DNA of 64,000 bases, from the NCBI GenBank assembly GCA_964188305.1, contig OZ076892.1; one strand, given 5' to 3'. The notes beneath the pieces are model-generated. The model did not search any database. It was not told the DNA's origin and saw only the letters and a program-made list of their open reading frames with translations. Shown piece after piece: positions 48,215 to 61,260 of this stretch. Every line of letters begins with the position of its first letter. The stretch's first letter is position 1. The DNA is from Podarcis bocagei (taxonomy: Eukaryota). A program made the position numbers and the translations under genes.

Positions 48215-50399
48215 CTTAAAGACCCCTAAAACCATTGCTAATGCAATTTCTTTACCTCTTTCTGAGTCAAAGAGAGATATGTTCTTCTGCATTGTTGGAG
48301 TTGCCTGACTGTATGTGGAAAACATACAACAGAAAACAGGAAAGGAAACGACAAACACCACTTTCTTAAGAACCTAAAGACATGGCATCTTTTCTCCAAT
48401 GGAATGTGTTACACTCGTGGGGTTGCATGCAGTATAACAAAAATCACTTGAATACATCAGACTTTGTTTAACACTATCATATAAATAAGCTTATTCCTTC
48501 TACTAGGCATGTGATATGCCTTTTTTCTTTTTTGTAGTCCATAATTATATATACATTGGAGGAAAGGAAGGGTTTGATAACACAAGCAGCAAAATAGACT
48601 AGAACAACTCAGTGGTTAAGTAAAGACTGTTCTAACCAACTTTCCCCTCCCCAGTTTTCTATACAAAAAAAATTCAGCATATAAATAATCTTTTTTTTTT
48701 TAACTTTAGAAATTCAAAGGATAAACCAAATGGGCTAGCTGTCACACAGATTAACACACTTTAAAAGATATCGCCAGACATAACTGGACCAAATGTTGAC
48801 AGAAGGAAAATAACACTCATGTAAAACATGGCTGGTTTTGTTTTAAAAGGAAGAGCAAAACATTGCTTAGATTTTCTTTTTGAGACAAGAGTTGTAGAAC
48901 TAATGAACAAGTGTTAATTCTCATCACCAGCCACAACCAGGTCAGACTCTTCAATGTATTTGGCGTCACTGTACACATCACGCTTCCTTCTTCAAACAGA
49001 ACATCCCATTCTGAACTGATCAAAATTTGAGCTGGGGCTCCCCAGTATTTTTTAAAATGGAAGAACATCTCACAATATTGTAAACAACAACAATCACAAA
49101 TACTGAAAGAAGATAAAAGCAAAAGTAAATGCTTAAAAAAAAATCCAGAGTTTTGTTTGTTTGTGTGTGTGTGTGGTCAGAGACTTCCTTTTAACTTGCA
49201 AATGCAACAAAGGGGTCCTGGCTTACTAGCTTGTTGACTGGTAAAGGGGCCAAGGACTGTGGCCAGAGGGGACGTGCGGCCCTAGAACCCCTCCCCAAGA
49301 TCTTCCTTTTGGTAGCTCCTGCAAAAGGCACACACCAAACTGTGCACCCCCTTCTTCAAAATCCTTCGCTCTCTTGTAAACACCAAATTGCCACCTGATT
49401 AGAGCAGGAAGCCTAAAACGGTCTCCTCCCTTTGCTGCTCTGCTTGACAACTTATTTTTAATGGGATGGCCAAGTGCTGAAGGGCCAGCAGCATTGCCTT
49501 CACCTCCTTACCTACTCCAGTGAGGGTCAAGGCCACAGGCAAAGGAGCTCTTTAACTTTCTTCCTTAACTGCAATGGGAACAGCAACAGAAGTCTTGGCA
49601 GAGTCTCTCCTTTTGAAATGCACCACTGTGTGCTTTGGTTCCCACATGAGAGGCAAGGAGGGTTTACTGTTGCTGCTTACAGGAAGGAGCTCTTCATTTG
49701 TGTGGGGGGCAATGGGTGCTATGCAGAAAAGACGAGAGAGCTGTCTGCTGGCGGAGCCAGATGGGAAACTCTGGTCTGATCATAGTTCCTGTACTGCAGC
49801 CTCCTCCAAATATTCTGGACTATAACTCTCATCAGCCCCAGCCAGCATGGCTAATGGTCAGGTGTGATGGGAGCTGTAGTTCAATAACAGTAGGCAAGAA
49901 CTAGGTTGGGGAAGGCTGCTGTAGAAGAAGAGAGATGAAGGCTCAAGAATGCTAGTGGGTTAATGAGAAGGGGTAGAGGGTGGTGAGCCAAGGGCCACCA
50001 GACAGACAGCAAGTCCGGTTGTCTTCATAATGCCCCCCTCTACACGTAGCCTTCTTGCCTCTGAGTGAGGAAACCAGAGCTCCTTGGGTAGCTGGATTTT
50101 TATCAAATGAAGCTAAATGTTGGAAGATTCAGGACACAGTTTTTAGTGATGGCAGCCAACTTTGATGGCTTTCAAAGAGGATCAGAAAAATTCATGGAGG
50201 ATAAGGTTCTCCATGGCTACTAGCCACAATGTATATTTTCTGCCTTCACTGTCAGAGGTGGTATGCCTCAGAGTGCTATTGGGCTCTGATCTTGCTTGCT
50301 GGCTGGCTTCCCACAGCAATCTAGGTGGCCACCGTGAGACCAAGTTGCTGGACTAGACAGAGCACTAGTCTGATCCAGCAGGCTCTTCTGTTCTTAGGA

Positions 50400-50545
50400 T
50401 TTTATAGAATCATATAATTGTAGAGTTGGAAGATACCCTGAGGACAATCTATTCCAACCCCCTGCAATGCAAGAATATATGCAGCTGTCCCATACAGGGA
50501 TCGAACTTGCAACATTTGCATTCTCAGCACCATGGTCTAACCAAT
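50400..50545 (-). mobile_element. tRNA-derived SINE with CR1-type tail
   Basis: atagaatcat tail at left; reverse-complement B box (gggatcgaact) and A-box remnant (tctaaccaa) at right. Confidence 0.65.
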
Positions 50546-51304
50546 TTGGCCCAGTGTTCTCTAGCTGCTGGTCCCGAGGGGGGGGGGGCAGGGAATCAAG
50601 CTTAACAACTCGTTGGCCATGCTTGCTCCTTTGACAGACAGTCATGACCTTTTACATCATGACTTAACCTGCTTTATGGGGTGGAGGTCATATGATAGGA
50701 ATGTGGAGGGGGAGACTAGAAGACAGATGATTTTTGTTTGTTTTTAAAGAAATAGGCAGAAGTAGTAGATGCTGCAGAACTAAAAATCAAGAAGCAGCTG
50801 GGAGATTGGGATGGGGTGAAGGAACACATATACTTGTATGTTCAAAGAGCATGTCCAAAGAGTCGCTGCTTTAAGATTAAAATGTTAATATTTTTTTCCC
50901 AAAAAAAAAAACAACCCACAGATTTGTATAAAACACAAAAAATGTACCTGAGAGTGTGTATATTCATATATATTCATATTTATATATATTTATATTTATA
51001 TATATTTGCCAACGTTTAAAAGGTGAGAAAAGCAATATTCTGTCCACAACTCACTCTCTCTAAAAGAACAATGTGGGAAATGAAGGAGCAGGAGAACCAA
51101 GCAAAAGAAGAAGAAATCCGCAACCTGCAAAATTAAATGCATACACACACGCACACACGGGGGGGGGGGCTGTAGGAAAACTATAAACTGAAAAGTGAAG
51201 GTTAGCAATGCCCCAGCTGAGTAACAATATTGCTGTCTTATATGCCTTTGTTGTCGAGATGGCGCCCAAAGCAAATTTAGAAGAAGGCATCTGATATGCA
51301 GAGT

Positions 51305-51305
<1 letters not shown>

Positions 51306-51359
<54 letters not shown>
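51306..51359. repeat. (GT)n microsatellite, read as (AC)n in the NKD1 3' UTR
   Basis: Direct reading. Confidence 0.95.
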
Positions 51360-51362
<3 letters not shown>

Positions 51363-52506
51363 ATGAAGGAAGACCCACAGGAGATTGGCTGAAGCCAGCA
51401 ACAAGCCAACTTGTGATGTCATCACAGGGTGACACCCAAGAAGGGAAAATCCAATTCACTGAGGGTTACAGAAGCAGCCTTTGCAACAGTGAGAAAGAGA
51501 GGAATGCTACAAACGAGTGCAAACCTCTTGCTATTGTTCAGAGTGGTGACTGTGAACAGAGATAAATGGGTGCAGTCTACCTACGCCCCCTTGCCTCTGA
51601 GGCCTATTTCACTCTAATGATGCCAGGACCCCACAGATCCTCTGAAGAGCCCCTATCCAGACTGCAATGGAACACGCTCCTTAATGATGGCTTTCCAACA
51701 CACAACAGCCGATAAGAAAGAGAAAATATATGTTTAAATAGTACCCAATATATAAAGCAGACCGTAAAGGTGTCTGTTTAAAAAAAAAAATGGTAAAAAA
51801 GGGGGTGGGGAAATAAGTTGAAAAACGTAGCTCTGTTGACAAATATAGTTAGTTATTTCCACATAATTAATATTAAGATATAGCTTGCAAGGAGGTGAGG
51901 AGTAAAACATATACAGGCTACATGAATGCAATCAAATAAAAACAACCCCCCAGCCCCACCCCGACATAGCACAATACAATCATTAAGAAGTTCTGAATTA
52001 TACGAGAGGTAGCAGCTGTTTATATTCCCGGAGTCCAGAACCTTCGAACATTGCTCCCCTGATGATGGGCTTGTGTGCAATGAGGCAACGAATGGGACAA
52101 GCTGGGTGTCATAGCCTTATTGTTTTGCAGCATCTCTTCCAGTTACCGCGGAGGAAGGGATCCTTGCCAGAAGTGCATTGACAACCTGCATTCAAGCACT
52201 GCTCGTGATGATAGCTATGGCTGTTTGCTCTTGTGCACGGGTGTTCTTGTACAAGCCAAACTTTAAATCCACAAATTAATAAAGTAAGCTACACAGTCCC
52301 ACATAATATAAATAGTGTTAGGTTATTATTATTATTGTTATTAATCTTAGTGTTTTCATATAACTCCTAAGATGGGTGCTAGCAGAATATTAATGGAGTA
52401 GCAACAAGGTTAATAAGAAGAACACTTTTCTTCCAGAGTGTGGCAGCTAAAAAGGCCTCCTTCATATCGGGATGGTTCGCTAACGGACGGCAGCAGGGGG
52501 TCCATT

Positions 52507-53081
52507 TCATGTCTGGTAGAAGTGGTGATAGTGGTGGTGGTGCTCGTGGTGGTGGTGGTGCTCGTGTCTCTGAATCATCTGCCCCACTTGGCCTTCGTAC
52601 AAGATGACAGCGGGCAGGTCTCTCACGTGCTCTTTTTCGAAAACCGTCCCGGGGGGCTGGAAGGTTTTGCAGACTTGGTGAGTCTCTTTGGCCCTCTGCT
52701 TGTGTTTCTTGTAAGCCGGCTGAGGCTGCATGGGGAGATAAGGAAGGCTTGGGCCCAGCCGTGTGGTGGGGGAAGCCATCGGCACGGAGGCCCCTTGGGC
52801 AGGCTTACTCCTTACGGCCCTCCCCGCGTTGGCGGAAGAGGCATTTCTGCCCTGAGCTTTGGGAGACTTGGCAAAATGCCTGCTCGCATCTTGGCTCCGC
52901 AGCCTCTGCTGTATCTCTGCAAGCTTTGCATAGGAGGCTTCCATCAAACTGACGTGGCCGGGGTCCGCTGCTGGTGATCTGCGCTGGTGGGCGTGGAAGA
53001 TTTCTGGCTCATGGGAACGGGACCTTGTTTGGTTTGCGACTCGGATGGGAGGGTCGTGTTTCTGAGCCGCTGGTGGTGATC
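52507..53081 (-). CDS. NKD1: NKD1 terminal coding exon (exon 10 by analogy to human), ending in the C-terminal histidine cluster
   Basis: Minus-strand translation (G)SPPAAQKHDPPIRVANQTRSRSHEPE...YEGQVGQMIQRHEHHHHHEHHHHYHHFYQT*, the characteristic NKD1 C-terminus. Acceptor tctacttcttgtttctcAG at 53083-53082; phase 1 joins the previous exon; TGA at 52509-52507. Confidence 0.97.
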
Positions 53082-53196
53082 CTGAGAAACAAGAAGTAGA
53101 GCACTTGGTCATTTTAAGGCTCTAAGTACTGATATGACAACAAAAGCAGGAAGCAGCTGAAGTAAAATAAACCAATGTACCAAACAGAGGATGAGC

Positions 53197-53197
<1 letters not shown>

Positions 53198-53250
<53 letters not shown>

Positions 53251-53277
53251 TATGTTTGTTTGTTTGTTTGTTTGTTT
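53198..53277. repeat. (AAT)n plus (GTTT)n microsatellites in the last NKD1 intron; (GT)n(GA)n at about 53581-53634
   Basis: Direct reading. Confidence 0.93.
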
Positions 53278-53576
53278 AAAAGCAGCTCCCTAGCAGCTGT
53301 ATTCATGATCATTTTTACACTTGGTTAATAGAGTTGGAAATTTTAGTTTAGTTCTCAAGTTCTCACTGGGTTCCAGTTACTTGAGCACCTACAAGTCTAA
53401 AGATCCAATTTTAACAACAATAAAAAGGACGGTCGGAATAGATGAGATCTAAATTATTATTCTTATTATTATTGCATTTATATCCCACTTTTTCCCTGAC
53501 AGGGACTCACGGTGGCTTACAGCTAAAACACAAACAGCTAAAAAAAGAAGGAAAAATCCAATAATAAATAAATATT

Positions 53577-53637
<61 letters not shown>

Positions 53638-53702
53638 AACATATAGATCATTACAATAGCTTCTCTAGAGAGCAGCTAAATTATAGAAAATGCATAATAT
53701 AC

Positions 53703-53833
53703 CTGGCCCAAATTTTGACGTATAGTTTTCTATTCCTGCAAGATCCAAATAGTGGTTTCTCCTTTCAATGTTTTCATCGACACAATGACGATAGCATCCA
53801 TTCTGTTCAGTTTTGGCTTCACCATGGTGGTAC
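53703..53833 (-). CDS. NKD1: NKD1 internal coding exon (exon 9 by analogy), 131 bp
   Basis: Encodes (R)YHHGEAKTEQNGCYRHCVDENIERRNHYLDLAGIENYTSKFGP(G), containing the conserved Naked motif HCVDENIERRNHYLDLAGIENY. Acceptor ccttctcacAG, donor GTatat; phases 2/1 fit both neighbours. Confidence 0.96.
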
Positions 53834-54694
53834 CTGTGAGAAGGAAGGGAAATTGCAATGCACATATTATTATATCCAGATCAGTGAGCACACACTGAAA
53901 TGATAAGCTTTGTTTTGAAGTTACAGACAGTCAGTGCTTCTGAGAGCAATGCTCCTACAAAATTCACCCTTGCTGGAATTCCTTGCAATGCCATATTCAA
54001 TAGTAGCACACATGTAATGTTGCTGGGGCCCCAGCACCCACAGGAAGCTGGGAACAGACCTCGGAGGGTGGGCAGACAGAGCTAGGCAGACCAATGCTTC
54101 AAAACAATTTTAAGTATTTTACTATTTTTAACGAGTTTGCTTTTATTACTTTGTATTTTACAATGGTGTTTTAAAATGTTGTAAGATCCCTTCAATCCCA
54201 GCTTGGGAAAAAGGCAGGATATAAATACTTAAAATAATAATAGTTGGCCATGGGGTACCCCTCGCCATCCTAATGTATTTGGCAAAGGGGAGACTGCAGG
54301 TAAAAACTCCAGGAGATAAAGAACACACTCCTGATTGGAGGGGGAAATAGTTTTAATAAAGCCGGATCAACTGTTGGCTGAATAAGTCCATTTCTCTTTC
54401 CTGTTCAAGCAGTACCATTTCATATATAGCAGAGTTATTTCCTGAGAATGAATTTCTGAAATACCAGTCATTTATGAGCCAAACAAGGAAAGGAAAAATG
54501 GGAAGAATCTTAGCTTTAACAACGATGAGGCCAAGAATGTGGCACAATAAAATGCACCAAGTCCCAACAGAACGACGTCTACATATGTAAACAATTTATT
54601 TAAAAGAACAAAAACAGACAAGTCTTTTTTTTAAAAAAAAGACACAAACCTGACCCTTTCAAGGAGATTTGTGTAACTGCTAAAATGCAACAGA

Positions 54695-55328
54695 ACAACC
54701 TCAGATATGCAGATGACACAACTTTGATGGCAGAAAGTGAGGAGGAATTAAAAGAACCTCTTAATGAGGGTGAAAGAGGAGAGTGCAAAATATGGTCTGA
54801 AGCTCAACATCAAAAAAACTAAGATCATGGCCATTGGTCCCATCACCTCCTGGCAAATAGAAGCAGAAGAAATGGAGGCAGTGAGAGGTTTTACTTTCTT
54901 GGGCTCCATGATCACTGCAGATGGTGACAGCAGCCACGAAATTAAAAGACGCCTGCTTCCTGGGAGAAAAGTGATGACAAACCTAGACAGCATCTTAAAA
55001 AGCAGAGACATCACCTTGCCAACAAAGGTCCATATAGTTAAATCTATGGTTTTCCCAGTACTGATGTATGGAAGTGAGAGTTGGACCATAAAGAAGGCTG
55101 GTTGCTGAAGAATTGATGCTTTTGAATTATGGTGCTGGAGGTGACTCTTGAGAGTCCCATGGACTGCAAGAAGATCAAACAGAGGACAAGATGGTTGGAC
55201 AGTGTTCTTGAAGCTACTAACGTGAGTTTGACCAAGCTGCGGGAGGCAGTGGAAGACAGGAGTGCCTGGCGTGCTCTGGTCCATGGGGTCACAAAGAGTC
55301 TGACATGACTAACGGACTAAACAACAAC
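54695..55328 (+). mobile_element. BovB (RTE clade) LINE, 5'-truncated, in an NKD1 intron, antisense to the gene
   Basis: Closely similar to 2760-3532; (CAA)n tail; 13-bp TSD AAAATGCAACAGA at 54682-54694 and 55329-55341; internal deletion of about 157 bp near 55180. Confidence 0.95.
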
Positions 55329-55405
55329 AAAATGCAACAGAGATGACTTTCTTTGCACATACCCCTCTCAATAGCAAATTGGTAGCCACTGAATTTATTA
55401 CTGTA

Positions 55406-55581
55406 CAGCGGTACCTCGGGTTACAAATGCTCCAGGTTACGTGTTCAGGGTTACTTCCGGGTTTCGCCGCTCACACATGCACAGAAGCGCCAAATCACGT
55501 CACGTGCGTGTGCCAACACAACACTGCAGGTTACGGACGTGCCTCCATCACAGATTACATCCGCAACCCGAGGTTCCACTG
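55406..55581. mobile_element. Tc1/mariner MITE, related subfamily
   Basis: TIR CAGCGGTACCTCGGGTT / AACCCGAGGTTCCACTG, TA flanks, different interior. Confidence 0.8.
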
Positions 55582-57625
55582 TATTTTTACAGCCAGGACG
55601 TGGAAGAGGCATTTGTAGGATGTTTTCAGGTGTAAGAATAAGAACCTGGCTACCTTGAGTACTATGCTCTTTGACTTGTACAGGGGGCATTATTTGCTGA
55701 TCCACTCTGGCAGGAAACATAGTGGGCCAATCCTGATCAAGAGATCTCCCAATTCCTGGCTAGGAGCATCATGCCAAGTTTCTGTAAAAATGCTATCTGA
55801 CTGTTGTCTTGATTATTTTCGTCCAAGGTTGGACTATGCTATGATTCAGGGCCAACATTAGCAACTGGCATCTTCAGGCAACTGCTGGGGAATCAGAGGC
55901 CTGGCAGGGTCCAATGGTGAGGGAGGTCCACCCTTAATAAGCGGATACAAGGCACCATGTTAAACTTCCTACATTGCTGTGGAGCAACGCCATCTTGGGG
56001 GCCACTGTGGGAGATATAAAATGGTGGCTACCCAGCAGCAATTGAAAGATCAATGCTGCTACCAGATAAGCCCATAGAGTGGGTGTGGGGTGCAGGAATG
56101 GGCCCACAGAGGATAATATGTCAAGGGCTCCCCTTCAAGCCTGGGGCAAGCTTTAGATCCCTATTCATGACACACCATTGGCTCCTAATACCAGTCACAT
56201 TCCAATTATTGCATTTATAGCCCACCTTTTTCTCCAAGTTACTCAAGGCAGTAAACATGGTTCTCCCTCTCCTCATTTAATCCCCACAACAACCCTGGGT
56301 GGTAAGTTAGGCTGAGAAGCAGTTACTGGCCCAAGGTCACCCAAACTAGAACCCTGGTCTCCCAGGTACTAGTGCGACACACTCTAAGCACTACAGCACC
56401 CTGGTTCAAAGAGCCGTAGCAGAAATAGAGAGAGGGTCTCAACAGTTGCCCATAACTGTGCAAAGTCACCAAAGCCCATTTCTGAGAATATCTGCAGACG
56501 CTGTTGTTGTTCTATAATAGTGCATGTAAAAAAAACAAAGAAGCAGGCAAAGAAGATGTAGGATTGTTTTAATCTGTTCTACAATGGTCTTTTAGATGGC
56601 AAGCGGGCATTCAACTCGGCACTTTCACTGTGCTGCATTTTAAATGTGTTGCTACCTGCACAGTGCCCCGAGGATAAGGTGGGATAGACATCAAAAATAC
56701 ATGAATAAAACTGATGAAAAGGCATGATATTGGGGCAAATCTTAGCCAAATGCTTCTCTTTGCTAATCTTTGCCAACAACATGACAAGATGTTTTTCAGG
56801 GAAACAAGGTCTCTTCCCAGACTGGCATCCAAAACAATATTGTGCATTCCTTCAGGGAGATACAACTTCAAATAAATCCTGTTTTATCTAATCTTTTCAA
56901 GGCTGCAAGTATACCTGCAGCTGTGCATGAAAGAGACCACTGTCTCTCTGCTTTGCTGGAAACTGATGCACCCTGAGTCACACCAGAAAAATAACTCACT
57001 CACTCACTCACTCACTTTTTTATTATTCTCTGAAGGGCATTTCTCAAAATTCTTTTTAAAGCACAGGTCATCATTTTCCTTAAATGGTTCACAAGAAATC
57101 CTGCTTCCGATCTTCATACTGTACATTGTTGTTGCCTGACAGCAGAAACTCATGCTGCTATAAATCTGTTAGCCTTTCAGGTTCCAAAGGGGTCTTTGTC
57201 AGTTTTGCTGCAAAAGATCAACTATGGATACCCCCTTTATTGTGAAATGCAGTTGCCAGGAGGTGAGAGGGCTCTGGTTTGGATCGGGACCTTAGCAGTG
57301 GGGGTGGGAAGGTTAACCCTTTCCTCCAGACAGTTTTCCCAGTTGAAACTGCCCCGATGCATACAATTATGAGTCCTGTATGTAGCATGCAGGTAAGTTA
57401 CATGTGTTTACTTGTAGCTGGCAAATATCTTAAGATGGGGAATACCTACAAGAGAGCAGCGCAAGCAAAGAAAGATTGACGGTGGCTTTAAAGAGTGGTT
57501 GAAACATAGGTATTTCCTTATCAATAAGCTTTTCATGAGTGAAGTGAGGATTTGGCAGCAGCTGGCAAGGCAGCTTCTGAAGCAAGGTCTGGAGAAAGCT
57601 GGACACCTCATTACTGAAATGGAGC

Positions 57626-57701
57626 ATGCTGTTAAGCCTGTAATGCTTGGAAGTCTGTAACTACAAGGGCGCAGTCAATCAGATGGGGCCTTCTCACCAG
57701 A
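57626..57701 (+). repeat. 76-bp direct repeat, copy 1 (identical to 59296-59371)
   Basis: Base-by-base identity of atgctgttaagcctg...ttctcaccaga. Confidence 0.95.
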
Positions 57702-58134
57702 TTATCTCCTGGCTGGGCGATGAACGAATCAGGTGGCAAGGCCGCGTTTGATAGGCTCCACCCATGTTGCCCCAAGATTCGATGCATCATTATGGCAACA
57801 TAGGAGCAAGCTGACACAGCAGCATTTGATGTAAGCCCAACTTCTTTAGCAAAGAATTTTCTTTAGCAAAGAATTATATACGGCTTAATGAACAAAAACT
57901 TTTAAATGGTTTCAAAAAGAAGTAAATAAAATAAAACATGCATATGAAGATCAAAACAACAAGGAGACATAGCATTTAGAAAAAAACCAGTAGAACTTTA
58001 AAAATAAAATATGCATAATAAAATGACAGGCATGAGTAGGCTTGCCTAAAAAACAAATTTTAAATCCTAAGCCTCTCAGGGCTGACCTTAAAGATCCCTA
58101 ATCATGAGACAAATGAAGAATTGCTCCAGCTCAC

Positions 58135-58219
58135 CTGAGGGAGCCCCTCTGCTTCTTCTCACAACTCCTCAGCTCTTCATTGGCCTTGCTTTCCGTTCGG
58201 TGCCTCGAGCTCTGAAGAT
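58135..58219 (-). CDS. NKD1: NKD1 internal coding exon (exon 8 by analogy), 85 bp
   Basis: Encodes (D)LQSSRHRTESKANEELRSCEKKQRGSL(R), similar to the human DLQSARPRAETKPTEDLRSWEKKQRAPLR segment as recalled. AG acceptor at 58221-58220, donor GTgagc; phases 1/2 fit. Absent from the ORF track; found by hand. Confidence 0.92.
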
Positions 58220-58751
58220 CTGCCCCCACGACACACACACACAAAACCATGTTCATTTTCCTATTGTTATAATTTTAACCATTTCCCCCATTGTTTTCAG
58301 AATGAACATACAACAAACATCTTCCCTCACCAAGAGTGCTATATCTTGCCATTTCCCTCTTATTATTGACATTCTTACACGGCTTAACAAGTGGGGGCCA
58401 TCTACCATTTAAATGAACTGAGCAGGGGAACATCATCTCCTCCATGACCACACCTGGAGGGAGTGGAAGATCCAGCATCCACAGAAGCATTCTTTAGTTT
58501 TGTGTTATGTGGAGGGGAAGAAATGTTTGGGGGTAAAAGGACAAAAGTGATTTAAAGGAGATTGGGGATCACGATCCCAAAAAGATTCTCCAGTTAAAAG
58601 GTTCAGGCAGTAGGTGATATGAAAAACTGCCCATCAGAGATGGCAAAACTGGTTTAGATGGACAGACAACCAACCTGGTAAGTCAGTTTTATATGCTTCT
58701 GCATAATGAGTCGACAAATCCGCCATCAGAAATTCAGAATCAAACTCTTAC

Positions 58752-58899
58752 CAGCATGGTTCAGTAGGATACTTTTCTTCTTCTGACTCCCATCTGGAGC
58801 TACGGTGAGCTTCACCCGCAAGGTTTTACTGGAGCTGGGAGAGTGGTTTACTGAAGCATCAACTACTTCATAGATGGTATGAAGCAAGCTGGTGATGTC
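58752..58899 (-). CDS. NKD1: NKD1 internal coding exon (exon 7 by analogy), 148 bp; C-terminal part of the EFX Dishevelled-binding region
   Basis: Encodes DITSLLHTIYEVVDASVNHSPSSSKTLRVKLTVAPDGSQKKKSILLNHA. Acceptor tttgattccAG, donor GTaaga; phases 0/1. I did not find the next upstream exon (EWTFTLYDFD) before 64000. Confidence 0.96.
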
Positions 58900-59295
58900 C
58901 TGGAATCAAAGATGAAACAAGCAGAGGGAGACAAATGCGTTAAGAACAGAAATAAAGAATGAGGTGCTTTTTCCCCGCTCAAAGAAAATCACTTGTTACT
59001 ATTGACAATTCCACAACAATGCGTTTACATTCTGTGACATCACAGCAGCTCAATCAATGCAGTGGTTACAGTTATTGAACTTCCATATTTTTCAATCACT
59101 CCCCTTCCCTTCTTAGTTTGTTGTCATGTCTGTTAAACCCCAAGCAAATATTTTAAAACCATCATGTACATAAAAGTGTGCTGGCAAGAAGGCAACATCC
59201 AGATGCAGGAAGTAAATAAATAATCACATGAGCTCAGAGAAATGGAAAAGGTATGTTACAACAAGATATCCTCTAAACTTTTGCCCAACTACCTA

Positions 59296-59392
59296 ATGCT
59301 GTTAAGCCTGTAATGCTTGGAAGTCTGTAACTACAAGGGCGCAGTCAATCAGATGGGGCCTTCTCACCAGAGAAGGCCCCATCTCACCAGAT
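59296..59392 (+). repeat. 76-bp direct repeat, copy 2, followed by a 14-bp inverted segment
   Basis: 59371-59384 is the reverse complement of 59351-59364. Confidence 0.95.
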
Positions 59393-60977
59393 CCTGCCAA
59401 CGACATTCAAGAAAGATCTAGCTGCCACTCAGAGATTCATCCCTTGATGAGGTGCCTGTATCAATCCATTGCAACCACCTTTTATTGGAGGTATTGTTAT
59501 AGAAGGGAATTCCTGAGTACTAAATGTTACATCTGAATGAGCTCCCCAAAATGTGTTTGTTTATTTTCCCAAGAGAATCTGACAAGCTTTAGGAAAGAAT
59601 AGTAAAATTATAGCTGTCCAGTGCTTTGCCTGTAGTAGTTTTAGGTACTTTTTTTTTGCATGACATGCCAGAAGGCATTGAACCACCGGAGCAAATGGCT
59701 TTAAAGGAGATAAGACCTTGAGCCTTCGAGCCCAGAAAGGCAGGTTAATTAAAAGCCAAAAAGGTTCAATCTCTACTGTGAGTTATAACTGAAGTTAACA
59801 GAATGACTCCATATATACGCTGATTCTAACTTAATATATAGTATGCCAGTGTCCATCTATCCCACAGAACTCTTCCTTCAGTCTCAGCTCTGAACTCACT
59901 GGGTGAGTTATGTCTCTGGTCACAAGCAGGTACATACACACAAGCAAGCAATATCATTCAAAATCTTCTGACAGCTTAGAGCCATCCTTTTGACAACATA
60001 GTGAAAATGCCAGCTAGCTGTTTGGTAGGAGACAGATGGCCATCTGAGCATTCTCACCTATCAGAAACTCCATTAACAAACCCAGCACCTCTAGAAACAA
60101 GGCTCCACAGATAAGAGGCAAACCCACTACACCGCTTACAAGGAATTTTGTTGAGAACACACGGGCAACACACCTCTCTTTGAAACCCCAATCTGTTTTC
60201 TAACACATCAGGTCAAAAAGTTCAGCACTTCACACATGACTAAGCTGAGAAGGTTTGGATGGTTGCAAATTACTTTGCTGCTCTTCAGCTATAGGTAGTC
60301 TCCACTGCCGGAAGGTCCAACTCAATCAACAGTTGTCCTGCATTCTGATTGTGTCATTGAGTTCTTGCCTAATCTTCTGTACCTCCAAGACACACATACA
60401 CTCATCATGTAATCTGCTACAAAGTTGAAGTTCTCTGTAGAATGGGGATACCTCAGTAGTACAGCAACTGCCTTGCATGCAGAAGGTCTCAGGTTCAATC
60501 TTAAGTAGCTCCTGGTAGGGCAGGCAATTCCCCCTGCCTGCAACCCCACTCCAAGTCAGTGTGGGCAATACTAGACTACATGGACCAACAGTCTGACTTG
60601 TTTCCAAACCACTGGCCCTGCTGGCTGGGACTGATGGGAACCGAGAGTCCAACAACTGGATAACTGGTTCCACATCCCTGAGCAACCCATTAGTAAACTG
60701 AAAGACCACTGAAAAGGGAGAAAAACTCCTCACTAGGCTGAAGATCTACATCAAGGATGGGTGGCTTATGGCCCTTCGGGTGTTGTTGGACTACAAACCC
60801 ATCATTCCTGACCATCAGCCATGCTGACTGGAGCTGATAGGCATTGGAGCCCAGCAACTGAAGGGCCACAGGTTCCCCATCCTTGACAAAGACTGAATGC
60901 GTGAATTTGGCTTTCACTGGCCAAATTATTATATAGCCATGGGTGGTGGGGTGGAATAGCATCACACTACTGCCCTG

Positions 60978-61260
60978 TTAAGAACATAAGAAGTGCCTGC
61001 TGGATCAGGCCAGTGGCCCACTTAGTCCAGCATTCTGTTCTCACAGGGGCCACCCAGATGCCTGTGGGAAGCCTGCAAGCAGGACCCCAGTACAAGAGTC
61101 CCCTCCCTTCCCATTTCCAGCCACTGTTATTCAGAAGCATCCCTGCCTTCAACTGTGGTGGCACAGTATATCCATCATGCCTGGTGGCCACTGATAGATA
61201 GCCCTATCCTCCATGAACTTGTCCAATCCTTTTCCAAACCCATCCAATGTCTTCACCATA
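60978..61260 (-). mobile_element. CR1 LINE 3' end in an NKD1 intron
   Basis: taagaacataaga tail at left; reverse complement of the GLDKFMEDRAI segment. Further CR1 3' relics at about 19997-20350, 28840-29075, 45430-45580 and 50105-50398. Confidence 0.8.

Larger units (their letters stand above)
44370..52506 (-). other. NKD1: Candidate long NKD1 3' UTR (~8.1 kb)
   Basis: AU-rich, repeat-poor blocks follow the stop codon (52.5-50.8, 49.2-48.2 and 45.1-44.3 kb). Minus-strand ATTAAA at 44391-44386 is followed by a U-rich tract; a second ATTAAA is at 44278-44273. The extent is inferred, with no transcript evidence. Confidence 0.45.

Noticed and set aside
52438-52977. 179-aa plus-strand ORF with a poly-Val run
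   Set aside because: Antisense shadow of the NKD1 last exon; the His codons read as Val.
53082-53112. ORF-track start MTKCSTSCFS for the 201-aa ORF
   Set aside because: Intronic; the real exon begins after the AG at 53083-53082.
53826-53845. CAG|GT at the exon 9 acceptor as a recursive splice site
   Set aside because: GTACCA is a poor donor, the intron is only ~4.3 kb, and the bases are coding.
57842-57875. 17-bp tandem duplication TTCTTTAGCAAAGAATT (and a similar small one near 61918-61960)
   Set aside because: Ordinary slippage-type duplication in an intron with no sign of function.
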